A DNA stretch of 64,000 nt from assembly GCF_009914755.1 (NCBI RefSeq), contig NC_060926.1. The stretch is one strand, 5' to 3'. Shown piece by piece: positions 28,200 through 39,113 of the stretch (within the stretch, counting starts at the first letter, position 1; the number at the start of each line of letters is the position of its first letter). The notes below the pieces were generated by a model. That model was not told the DNA's origin. It saw only the letters and a program-made list of their open reading frames with translations, and ran no database searches. A program made the position numbers and the translations under genes. This DNA is from the human T2T-CHM13v2.0 reference genome, Homo sapiens.

Positions 28200-30095
28200 C
28201 TGCTATTCATTTTTAACAGTAATACATTAATTATGCATTTATTTTATTCAACCAATTTATATAATAAACATCTCTAAATCCACTGTCCAATTTATATCAT
28301 AGAATAAACATCACTGATAACTTACCTATGTGTCCCTTGCCTAACCTAATCCTATCCCCCTTTCTCCCTCTCACAGGTAACCAATCTCCTAAATTTAATG
28401 TTTATCAAGCCTCCTTTTAAAAAACTCTTAGCAAACATATGTACATCTAATTTAATTTTATAAGAAGGTTATAATTTTATATGTTGCCTTCTGTGGCTTT
28501 CTTCAAAATTTTTGTCCTTGACATTTGCTTACTATTATTTATCTGTGCCCATCGGAACTTGGGCTGTTTCTTTCTTTCTTTCTTTCTTTTTTTTGCTATT
28601 ACCAAAGCATCCAAAGCGTACTGCAAACATTCTTAACATGTCTTCTGGAAAATGTACCTACTTTGGTTTCTCTTGGGTAAATGCCTAAGAGTGAAACTGT
28701 TGAGTTTTAGGTTGTACCAGCAAAGGTACTGGTAGGAACAAGATCAAATTGTGTAATTGAGGAAAGTTTAAAAAAAGAACTATTATGGGACAACAAAACA
28801 TGCTAGGACTAGCAAGGGCAAGGATCCTTAAACATCCCTAGCCCTAACAAGGCACAAACAGGGAGCTATTACTTAATCTCAAAAGGGTAGCTGCAGCTTT
28901 AAAAGATTACTCAACAGAGCTCTAGCTTTCAGTAGAATTCAGTTAACAAACTGGCAGAGAAAGAGTTGATCTCACTAAGAACCTTGACCTGACTCTCTAC
29001 CCTTCTCACAAATGTCTTGCCATGGTCTCTCATTGGCTGAACCAAATCAGAAGGCAGAATGCAAGGAAACCATTCATGATCCCCTTCCAAGAACACAGTG
29101 CAGGGTGGAGAGGGCTAAGATCTAGATCTAGAGAGATAAATGGATATATGCAAATGTTAGATATTATAGAATTCCCTCTTATTTTTCAAAGTGTTTGTAC
29201 TAATTGATACTCCCACCAACAGTGGATAAGATCATACTGGGCCATATCCTCTCCAACACTTAGTATTATTAGACTTCTGAACTTTTGTCAATAGGCTCAA
29301 ATTGTTATCTCCTTGTGGTCTTGATTTGCATTCCCTCAGTTAACTGCTAACACTGAGCTTTTCTTCGTGTTTGCTAGTTAGACACATTAACTCTTCTGTA
29401 AAATTTCCAGTCATATATTATGGAAATTAAGTTTATGCTGAAATTTACAGAGAAGAGCAAAGAGCAAGAATAGCCAAGACATTTCTGAAGGAGAAGAAAA
29501 ACGAGCAACTTTTCTTCAAGATATAAAGGCTTATTATAAAGTTACAGTAATTAAGACAGTAATATTGGTGCAGTATACACATTTTGACCAATGGAACAGG
29601 AAAATAAAAGCCCCAAAATAGACTTAGGAATTTAGGGATCATCAAAAATGATGGAGATAATATGTCAGATCACTGAAGAAAGGCATGGTTATTTAACTAA
29701 TACAGTTAAAAAATTTGACTATTCATATAGGGAGCAAGAAGAAAAATGGATTGCTATCTGAAACCATACAAAAAACTTCAGATGAATTCAGACCTTAAAT
29801 TTAAGAAGCAAAGCCTTAAAACTTTCAGAATAAAATACCAATGAATGCCCCTGTCTGACCTCAGGGTAGAAAAGGAATCCTTAAACATAATACAAAAAAT
29901 CTTAACCATAACAGAAAATATTGATGCATTCAATTATGTTAATAAGAAATTTTCATTAAGACAATTTAAATAAACAATAAGCCACAAACATGAAGATAAT
30001 ATTTAAATTCATGTAACTAATAATGAGCTAGTATCAAGAATATATAAAGCACTTCTGAAAAAAGGCAAATGACCTAGTGGAAAAAGGGACAACTT
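28200..30095. mobile_element. Cluster of ancient L1M fragments in both orientations, with an LTR-like insert
   Basis: Antisense L1ME-like 3' text at about 28200-28710 and 29140-29420; sense ORF2-like text at about 29420-30095 (gcaagaatagccaagaca...aagacagtaatattgg...gaccaatggaacagg). Confidence 0.6.
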
Positions 30096-31019
30096 ACGTT
30101 TCTAGCATAGTTTTCTTTTATGACCGTGTTTTATGAACCATCACTAGTCTATAATTCTTGGAGGACTAAAATTGTCTTAGCTGTCTTTGTTTCTTTATGA
30201 CCCAGCACAGTGCCTGTTGGAAAGAAAATGGTCAACGCATGTTCATCAAATAAAGGAACAAACTTGTCACCCCAGAATAATGCAGACTGTTAATAAAACT
30301 CACCATATGCATGCCCTCAGAGTCTTTCCTCTTATATTCACATTACCAACTCCTATCCACCCAGTTTTGGAAGTCCAGATCACCAGTCCCTTTACATCAT
30401 GTCTTCGCAGCCTCTAGCATTTAGCAAATATTTCTCTGGGACATCTCATGCACTGTTGGATTATGTTTCTCCACATTTCTATGTCTGTCTCCTCTGACTT
30501 TGATTCTAGACTTCTCAAGAAGGCCATACTTCTCTAAAGCACCCTGCCTAGTAAAATTCTAGGAGGTGTCCCATATTTATAGGGGATGTGGTGCAACACC
30601 TCGTACAAATTACCAGCCATCCATCAGGTTTCAAAATGGCAGAATAAGTGGTCTTGGAGAAATACTGGTCACTTTCATTATGATTTTTCTCCGGTTTAGG
30701 CAACTGAGATAAGGTTACAAAGATTAGAAACGTAATTTATGAGGTACTCATTGCAAAGGAAAAAAAAACTTTTTGAAGATTGTTCAAGTACACAGTTACA
30801 ATTGGAATAAGGCAGCAGAGTATAGCAGAAAAAAATGGGGCCATGGTATCAAATATGTCTTCAACCCCAGCACCACCCTAGGGTGCTCTGAACTTCATGA
30901 GTAAAATGTGATAAAAATCTACCTCAAGGGACATGTAGCAGAGTAAATGGTAGAGAACTGGTATTTAAATTTCATTTTCCCTATTTCTCTCGTCCCTCTT
31001 AAAAATAATGCCGTGTTCC

Positions 31020-31292
31020 AAGAACAGAAAACCAAACACCGCATAAATGGGAGCTGAACAATGAGAACACATGGACACAGGGAAGGGAACATCATACACT
31101 GGGCCTCTCGGGGGGTGGGGGCGGGGGCTAGAGGAGGGATATCATTAAGAGAAATATCTAATGTAGACGATGGGTTGATGGGTGCAGCAAACTACCATGG
31201 CACATGTATACTGATGTAACAAACCTGCATGTTCTGCACATGTATCCCAGAACTTAAAATATAAATATAAATAATAATAATAATAATAATAA
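31020..31292 (+). mobile_element. 5'-truncated L1PA 3' end with (TAA)n tail
   Basis: aagaacagaaaaccaaacaccgcat...gaacacatggacacaggga...gtatcccagaacttaaa. Degenerate TSD aataatgccgtgttcca / aataatactgtgctcca. Confidence 0.9.
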
Positions 31293-31969
31293 TACTGTGC
31301 TCCATCAGATCTTGCAGTGTATGGTGTTTTTTAGTTAAAACTGAACCATAACACCCTTAATTAACTTTGCTAATAGTGAGATGCTTTTGCCAAATTCCTA
31401 CTTGCCTCCAATCATCTATCCTGACTTGACTAACATTCTTAATGGGTGGAAGGAGAACAAATGGCCACAAATTAAATGTCTTTATCCATATGAATAGAGT
31501 GCAATCGGTCACTGTAACAGGAGTGTCTCAATAATTTATTTATTGACTTTATTATAATTTCAAACATGCAGACAAGTTAAAAATCATGTACAATATAACC
31601 CACATACCCACCACCTAGATTTAACAATTGTAACCGTCATAATAATAATGTAGAGAGTAATGATGACATTACCAAAATTTCCTAAGTATATTATTTTCTG
31701 ATCCCTTGAAGGTATCCAAAACCCACCAACAGAAATCATCCAAAAAGTTTCTTCACTATGAACCCTTCAGTGAACTTTTCCCCATTCATAACATGGGGGC
31801 ATCGCTGAGGGAGAACTACCAAGGAGCACACAGGGTGAGTTACTCTTTTCCGTAATGACGCCTCTTGGTTTCTTGACTTAGGGAGTCCTGGGCCTGCTCA
31901 CTTCTATTACTCATATGGCAGATTCTGCTTCTTCCTTCTTTGTACACTTTCAGGTTTTCAATGAAATAG

Positions 31970-32154
31970 CACAGTTGCCAGATTTAGCTAAGAAAAATAC
32001 AGGATGCCTAGTTAGCTTGAACGTCAGATAAACAATATAAAAATATAAGTATATCCCAAATATTGTATGGGATATGCTTATACTAAAAAAAAATTTGTTG
32101 TTTATCCGAAGTTCAAATTTAACTGGGCATTCTGTATTTTATCTTGCAATCCTG
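31970..32154. mobile_element. MER53 palindromic hAT MITE
   Basis: Near-palindrome centred on tcccaaatattgtatggga, matching the MER53 consensus as recalled. Perfect 8-bp TSD tgaaatag at 31962-31969 and 32155-32162. Confidence 0.9.
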
Positions 32155-32469
32155 TGAAATAGACAAATTTAATGACCTTCTGAAGGGGGTCTAGATGACT
32201 TTGACAGCTGGGCTCTCATGCTTCTAGGTCTGAAGACAAAATGAGAGAAAACTATAGAGAAAGGGAGAGAATATACTTTTGCACTACGACTAAGAAAAAA
32301 AATATTTAGAATTGCTTTTAACTGGTTGGGAGCTAGACAGAAAGTCTGAGGTGTATTTGTGTTGGATTTAGTAAGTCATCTGTGAGATTCTGGAGGAAAC
32401 AGCGTTGTGGAACTGAACAGACTGAATCAATTTATGATTAGGGTTAGAGTCATATGTGTATGGTTTGTT

Positions 32470-32912
32470 TAACAGGGTGTATTGCACCTATTGCCACATT
32501 AATGCTGTATATAAACCAACCACAAACCTTGGTGGTATTGCTGGGGTAAGCATTTATTGCTTACACATCAGAGTAAACTGGGGGCCTGGCTCTTAGGTGA
32601 TCTAGGCTGGCCTCAGTTGGGAGCTCTGCTCCCTGCATCTCTCATCCTTTTCTTAGGACCATTCAGCTGTTTCAGAGATGTCTTTCTCACAGCAACATTT
32701 CAAATACAGTGAAAGCAAGCAGAAACACATGAACCTTTGAGGGCTGGTCTTAGAACTGGCACAGTGTCATTTTCACTTCATTCTGTTACTCTCAAAACCT
32801 GCTCCTATGGGTGGGAGAGGGGGCTCTGCCTCTTTAATGAGAGGAGCTGCAAAGTCACACAGCAAAAGGTACGGATGCAAGAGAGGGAAAGAACTGAGGC
32901 CATCACTGCTAT
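32470..32912 (-). mobile_element. Old MLT1-type MaLR LTR
   Basis: ctattgccaca.taatgctgt...aaaccaccacaaa...agcatttattgct...ggctctgcctctttaatgagaggagctgcaaagtcaca pattern. Confidence 0.6.
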
Positions 32913-34328
32913 CACAGCAAAAGGTATGGATGCAAGAGAGAAAGAATTGAGGCCATCACTATGCCTATCGCTATCGCAAGGCGTGGGCTGGAAACTAAGA
33001 ATAAACTGGGGAGCAAAAAAGTTGCTTCTTTTTGAAAACTATACATTTGTTTGCAACTGTAGCATTTTTTTTCTTCTCCAAGAAAAGTAATTAGCAAGAC
33101 TTACAAATGATTTTTTCCAGTTTGTGAAGCAGAGATGCCAACAGATCTCTACAAATTACCAGAATGTTCCACAACTCTTCTCAAAATACCTGTCAAAAAA
33201 GTTCTGAGCACATGGTGGCATTTTTTCCTTGTTGTAAACACAATGTATCTATATGAACAGTCTAACATATTAAGGATGGAAATTTGCAGGAAAGTGGTAA
33301 CATTTAAGAGAAAAGGAAAACCAACTGAAGATTCAGAACAAATAACTTCCTATTCTGGTATCCCTTGAAATCTAGCACCAGTTTCTTCATCATTTGCTAC
33401 ATTTAGTCATGGGGAAGAACAAATTAGTAATTGGATGTGGGACTCTGAGACTCCTCTGCTTCTGTGACCTTTGTAAAGTAGCAATCTTTGCACACCTTTT
33501 AAATATGTGGATCAAATAAAAATCTTGTTGTCAACTCTGAAATAGCAAATAAATAGGAGATATTTTTACATCTAAAACCTCAGAAATCACTTTGACCCTG
33601 GAAATCTTCACTATGACCTCTAATTGCAAGTTCTTTTCTTTCAAGTCAGTTATCAAAATCAGTAGATTTTAAAAATGATGAGTTTGATTCTTAGTTCTTT
33701 GATACTTATTTTCTCTACTGGTAGTGGGTACAAAGTAAACTGGAATTAGACACATACATAATTGTATCAATTGGGACGCTTTGGGTTTTAAGCACCTATA
33801 AGTAACTAAGTCTCAGGACAAAGATTGGTCTCATTTCAAGGACTTGGATAAGATGACAGAGTGTGTATGCTGTTGCCAGTGCCTAGTGGCCAAGGCCAGA
33901 TCTGGCAGTTCATGAAGAGGTGAAATCGGAAGAAGGGTCACTCCTCAAAGAATAGGGAGTATATTAGGCAAATAATACCTGTTCACTTATAGTATTGACA
34001 TCAGGTAACTTTAAAAGATGAATTGCCTGCCGTTTTTAAAATAAGGTTCATTTTTATTCATATTAATTCATTTTTCAGAAGAGAAAATGAAGCATAGAGA
34101 AAGTAATTTGCCCAAGATCCCATGACTCATAAGTGGCAGACTTGTGATCTGAACCCCAATCTCTTCACTCCAGCCAACATTATGTACCGCAGCAAGAAAC
34201 AATAGAATGGCTAACAGAAATACGATCGATCTGTATGTGTAAAAAGAAAAGCTCTTCCAGAACACTGCTGGTATAAAAGGCAAGTTGTTACATAGTATTA
34301 GAGTGTGACCTCCTTTCATGTTAAGAAA

Positions 34329-34376
<48 letters not shown>
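34329..34376. repeat. (CA)n microsatellite, about 24 units with one interruption
   Basis: Read directly from the sequence. Confidence 0.97.
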
Positions 34377-34380
<4 letters not shown>

Positions 34381-36094
34381 CCCCCAACAAACCTGCACAC
34401 ATGTACTTCATATAAATACATCTATATAGGGCTTCATATCAAAATATTAACAGCTATCTTTGGAGAGGAGAGTGGGATGCTGGGGACGAAAAAGAATGTA
34501 TTTTATACTCTATCATATATATGTAATCTGAATTATAATTTTAATATTATATAAATAAATAACTTGATTGGAGGAAAGAAGGAAAAGCAAAATGCCTAGA
34601 TGCTAAAAATTATACATGAAAGTCAAAAGTTGGTTCTAGACCATTCCTGTATCTTCCTTGTGCTGTTATTTTAGGATATGATGAGTGAAAACTACTTGTC
34701 ACAAATTTCTTTCCCCATTGACAGGATAGCACATGTTCTCCTAAAATGGTGTCGATAAGGCAACTTTTCAGAACATACATGTATTAATGGTTTATATACA
34801 TAGCCCCCTAAATCCTATGTGACCTTTAAAACATTATTTTATTATAATTATAAACTACAAGTATACTAGAATTTAGAATATAATAAGCACTTGTTTTCAA
34901 ACAGCAGTTTATAAAATACTACGAACACAATTGATGCCTCTTATAAATCTCAATTCAGTCTTTCTTGGTTCCCACAGGTAACCACCAGCAAATTTTTTTC
35001 CTACATATACAGCCATAATTTATAGTATCATTTTTTATATTTATACTTTATGTAACTAATTTCATAAAACACGACTTGTTCCACCACTCACTCTTGTCAC
35101 TTGTTTTTGAGATGTATTCATGCTGACATATATAGCTCTAGCTTGTTCATTTGGACTGCTGTGTGGAAGTCTATCATATGAATATATGCATTACTAAAGC
35201 TGAGCACGGGTTAGGACCCCTTTCTGCTGTTTTACACAAGGCTGCCGTGAACATTTTTGCAGATGTCTCCTTATGCATGTGCATAAGTACTTATTTAAGG
35301 TAACATGGTAAGGAATCTTTAATTTTACTAGATATTGCAGAACTGGTAGTTATGCCAGTGTATTTTCCCACCAACAGTAGAGTTCCCACTGTTTGATGTT
35401 CCTGACAACACTTGCTATTTTGAAACTTCCGTTTTTGCTAATTTGATGTGGTACCTTTCCATGTTTTTAACTTGTATTTCCCTGATTATCAGTGAAGAGT
35501 ATTTTTTTTCCATGTTTGTTGGCCTTTTGAATTTCCTCTTGTAAGAATAATGTGCTGATATTTCTATTAGGTAGACTTATCATGAGTTGTAGGAACTTTC
35601 ATATCTTCATAAATTAAGCCTTTCTCATATATTAATATATTGAAAACATCTTACATGTCGCTTGTCTTTAAGTCTTCAATCCAACTCAAAATATATGAAG
35701 GTTTAAATTAGGGATCCAAATTTATATTTTTATAAGTAGATAATTATGACAACACAATTTTTTAAAAAAAATTCACTCCTTTCTCTACTTGCTTATAACA
35801 ACATAACTTAAGTATCTATATATGAGGGTCTCTCCAACTGATTCAAGGAAAACAGCAGCAACATTTAGCATTTAAGATGGCCATGCCATGTATCAGGAAC
35901 TATGCTAAACATTTTAAATGCTTAGACCATGCATTTTGGAGTCAGAATGCCAGGGCTTAAATGTACACTAGGGATCCCTGATAAATGGTAAATCTTACAA
36001 ATTTCTTGTTTGTTCACTGGCTAATAGAAATGTATGCATCAGGTAAGGGAAATAAATATGCTGGTTGACACAAACTATATATTTTAAAAAGCAC

Positions 36095-37281
36095 CCCAAA
36101 TATACAACTTGCTTTTATTAAATTGAAAAAAAAATCCCCAAGAGGCAGATATCCCAGTAGTTTTAGTGAAAACAAATTTAATATCATCTTGTTTGAACAA
36201 AGCTTTCAGAATAAGTGAGCAATTAAATTCTTAAAGTAGGGACAGAACACCAACAGGCTCTAGACTCCGGAAGAGCTGTAAGCCGACAAATGGGCATTGT
36301 TTTGCTTAACAGTTTTAGCTTCAATGTAAATATATATTATTACTTAGAATATTAGCATCTGAACTATATAATGACTATTTTATCATTTTACTTGAATTAA
36401 AACCAGAATTTCTGGAACTTCCAAATAGTCTTTAAAGTTTTTCAATATAAACATAAACTAACCCCTATTCCTCTCTACATATCAAATGTGAAATAACTGT
36501 CACAATATATCAGCATTTTCACAGAAAGATGTTTAAGGCTTCTGGCACATAAAATGTGTAATTTCTGTGTGACAATGTCATAATTATATACAGAAAATAT
36601 TTAAAATTCTTGTAGAATTTAAGTTCTAAAGATTAAAAAAACAAGAGTTCCATGTTAATAAAATATTAAAATACTATGAGCTTCCCATAAAATTGACAGT
36701 GATTTGTAATTACATAAAGAATACACAAGGCAAGTCTTTCACACTAAGTGATTCATCATTGAAAATAATTATTGAACTGAATATACTTATTTGGTATCAC
36801 TAGTTTTCTAAATCATTCTTTCAGCCCAAAACAGGCTTTCATATAACTTATAAATATTTCCAATTGCTACACTGAGGCAGCAAATGTCATATCTATGTTT
36901 GTCCTAGTTGTATGTCATACAAATATAAAGTCTATGAATCTTATACTTTTGTCTAAGTCACCATTGTAGAGAATGTGCTGGTAAGTGAAATCAATACAAA
37001 GGAATTATTTTTCATTTGTAAAAAATGAAAATCATTTACACCTTGTTTTAAAGTTCTAAAGCAGCATATTCAACTCTTAAGGCAAAAAAAAGATCAAAAA
37101 ATTACTATAAATTATAAATTCTGGTAACTTTTCTTCTGGCATTAAAAGCCACAACACAAATTCTAATATTTTAATAGATAATATATTAGTGTACATCTGA
37201 ATATACATTTGCCAAAATGTTCCATTAGTATGAAGTTGGTCTGAAGTGGAAGTGAAGTGCAGTGGTGTGGCAGGGTAACAT
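36095..37281 (-). other. COBLL1: COBLL1 3' UTR (proximal form, about 1.2 kb, AU-rich)
   Basis: AT-rich tract with no obvious repeats following the stop codon. The end is inferred about 20 nt past the AATAAA at 36114-36119. Confidence 0.7.
36114..36119 (-). terminator. Polyadenylation signal AATAAA (proximal, COBLL1)
   Basis: Plus-strand tttatt; on the minus strand it has a U-rich tract upstream and GU/U-rich sequence downstream. Confidence 0.7.
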
Positions 37282-37368
37282 TTAATGGCCGTCCTGGGCA
37301 TCAGGGGACATGGAATGGCTGAGTCTTGACCTTCCATTCACAGATATTGTATTTGATGGAATGGTAAC
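37282..37368 (-). CDS. COBLL1: COBLL1 last coding exon (87 nt including TAA)
   Basis: Acceptor tttctcttAG|GTT. Reads VTIPSNTISVNGRSRLSHSMSPDAQDGH*, with the stop at plus 37282-37284. Confidence 0.95.
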   Translation of the reverse strand, partial: VTIPSNTISVNGRSRLSHSMSPDAQDGH

Positions 37369-38549
37369 CTAAGAGAAAGAAACACACTTTGCACCCATCA
37401 ATTTAAAATGGGATAGCTGTCTAATTTTCAATTTTCAACAGTTACCACATTTTAACTTCTGCTTAATTGTAAATGATAAGTATCTATTATTCAATAAATT
37501 ATAATCAAGAATAAATGTTCATTCTACCATAAAATTTAAAAAGAGAGAGTCGTTATTTTCACAACAAATAAGATAAATAATCCATTAACACATCTTAATC
37601 TGTACAGAATTACCAAATCAACACAAAGGACAAGAGCACAAACAGACTGCAAACCAAGCTGTTAAAGAGCATTTTTAGCTAGATTAATTCTGTAATTCTG
37701 GCTCCCCAAAACTGCCTCTGAGAATGTAGAAAGATAAAGTGAATTCCACAAAGCAATGAATTTTACAAGTTTTGTACTGATGGTATAAATTAACGTGAAA
37801 TCCCCCTCCCAATGGCCCCCTATTTATTCAAAACAAAAAAACTAGCCCTTGGTTTTAAAAATGCTTTCATATAAAGGATTTAAAAATTAAAATCTGTGAC
37901 TGTTAAGCCAAATGACTGAAGACTGAAAAGGAGTTTTTTTTTTTTCCTTAGTAAGTAAACTCCTAAGTTTCAAAATTCTATGGCAAAGTCTTCTATTCAC
38001 AAACTATAAGTGAATAAAAACACTGAAACAAGAATTTTCTACATAGTGTGAAATTCCAGCTTTTGAAAAATGTAAAGTCATCTGTATTCTGAATAGTAAA
38101 TACCTATATTTTGAAACATCATACTTGCAATATAATGAAGATATTTTAAGACAGTTTAGATTATAATTTGACTAATTTAGATTCATAACCAAACACTATC
38201 ATTTTCTTACAAGAAGACAACTGGAGTACAAATGGCCACAGATTTTCCTATTAACCGAGTAAATTGGTTAAAAGGAAAATGAAATTGGCAAATTTAGTTT
38301 GGACTTGGCTTCCTTGCGCTTCGCTTTTTGCCTTTTACTAAATAAAGATTGGTCATCTAAACTAATGAGTTTTCTCGATTGTCTGATGAATCCAGGATGG
38401 AGCAGAGTGATTGACGCTACACACCTAAAAGGATACGGTAAGAAGAGTTGCCACCAGCAGAAGGGAAAACTCATCTGCACTCTCTTTAGTATGCCTGTGA
38501 GATTTCTTTCCAAGTATAGCCAACAAATGACAGGTAATGACTTTCTTTC

Positions 38550-38930
38550 TTTTTTTTTTTTTTGGAGAGGAAGTAGAATTTATTGGTTAGTATTAAGAGG
38601 GGAAGCACAGTGAAAGCCCTCATGAGTGCAGGGCCCGGCACTTGTCCACAGGGCCACAACTGGGGATGTACTTGACCCCACAGCCATATGAGCCACTTCT
38701 CAGCCACCATGTCTTCAAATTCATCGACATTGAACTTGGTGAAGCCCCATTTCTTTGAGAAGTGGATCGTCTGGCAGCCAGAGAACTTGAACTTGGCCCT
38801 GTGCAGGGCCTCAATCACATGCTCCTTGTTCTGCAGCTTGGTGCGGACGGACATGGTAACTTGGCCAATGTGACCCCTGACCACAGTGCCCTGGGGCTTT
38901 CCAAAGGCACCTCGCATGCCTGTTTGAAGC
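38550..38930 (-). pseudogene. RPL10 partially processed pseudogene (last two exons joined, 3' UTR, poly-A)
   Basis: Translates as [16 protein letters not shown]...HIGQV...[20 protein letters not shown]...[22 protein letters not shown] (RPL10 C-terminal half) with a later frameshift. AATAAA at 38579-38584, poly-A at 38550-38563, TSD aggtaatgactt at 38532-38543 and 39114-39125. Confidence 0.93.
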
Positions 38931-38978
38931 CTACATTGGGGTAATGCAAGGTCAGAGACATGAACATACATCTGAAAG

Positions 38979-39113
38979 GCCTATTATCAAGGTCCCTTAG
39001 AGCAACCTATAGAGGAAACAGGCTGCATACACCACCAAGGAAGCTGCTGTTTGCAGCCATTGCACACTGGGCCCCCATAAGGAAAGGAACTCAGTACACT
39101 TAATTGACTGCAG
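38979..39113 (-). ncRNA. SNORA70F: SNORA70 (U70) H/ACA snoRNA retrocopy, probably the locus annotated SNORA70F
   Basis: 135 nt matching SNORA70 as recalled (ctgcagtcaattaag...gagttcctttcc...gtgcaatggctgcaaacagcagcttccttgg...gctctaagggaccttg). H box ACAGCA is intact; the 3' ACA box reads ATA. Confidence 0.88.

Noticed and set aside
38486-38971. 161-aa RPL10-like ORF as a functional ribosomal protein gene
   Set aside because: It lacks the N-terminal half, starts in retained intron sequence, frameshifts near the C-terminus and runs through the poly-A tail.
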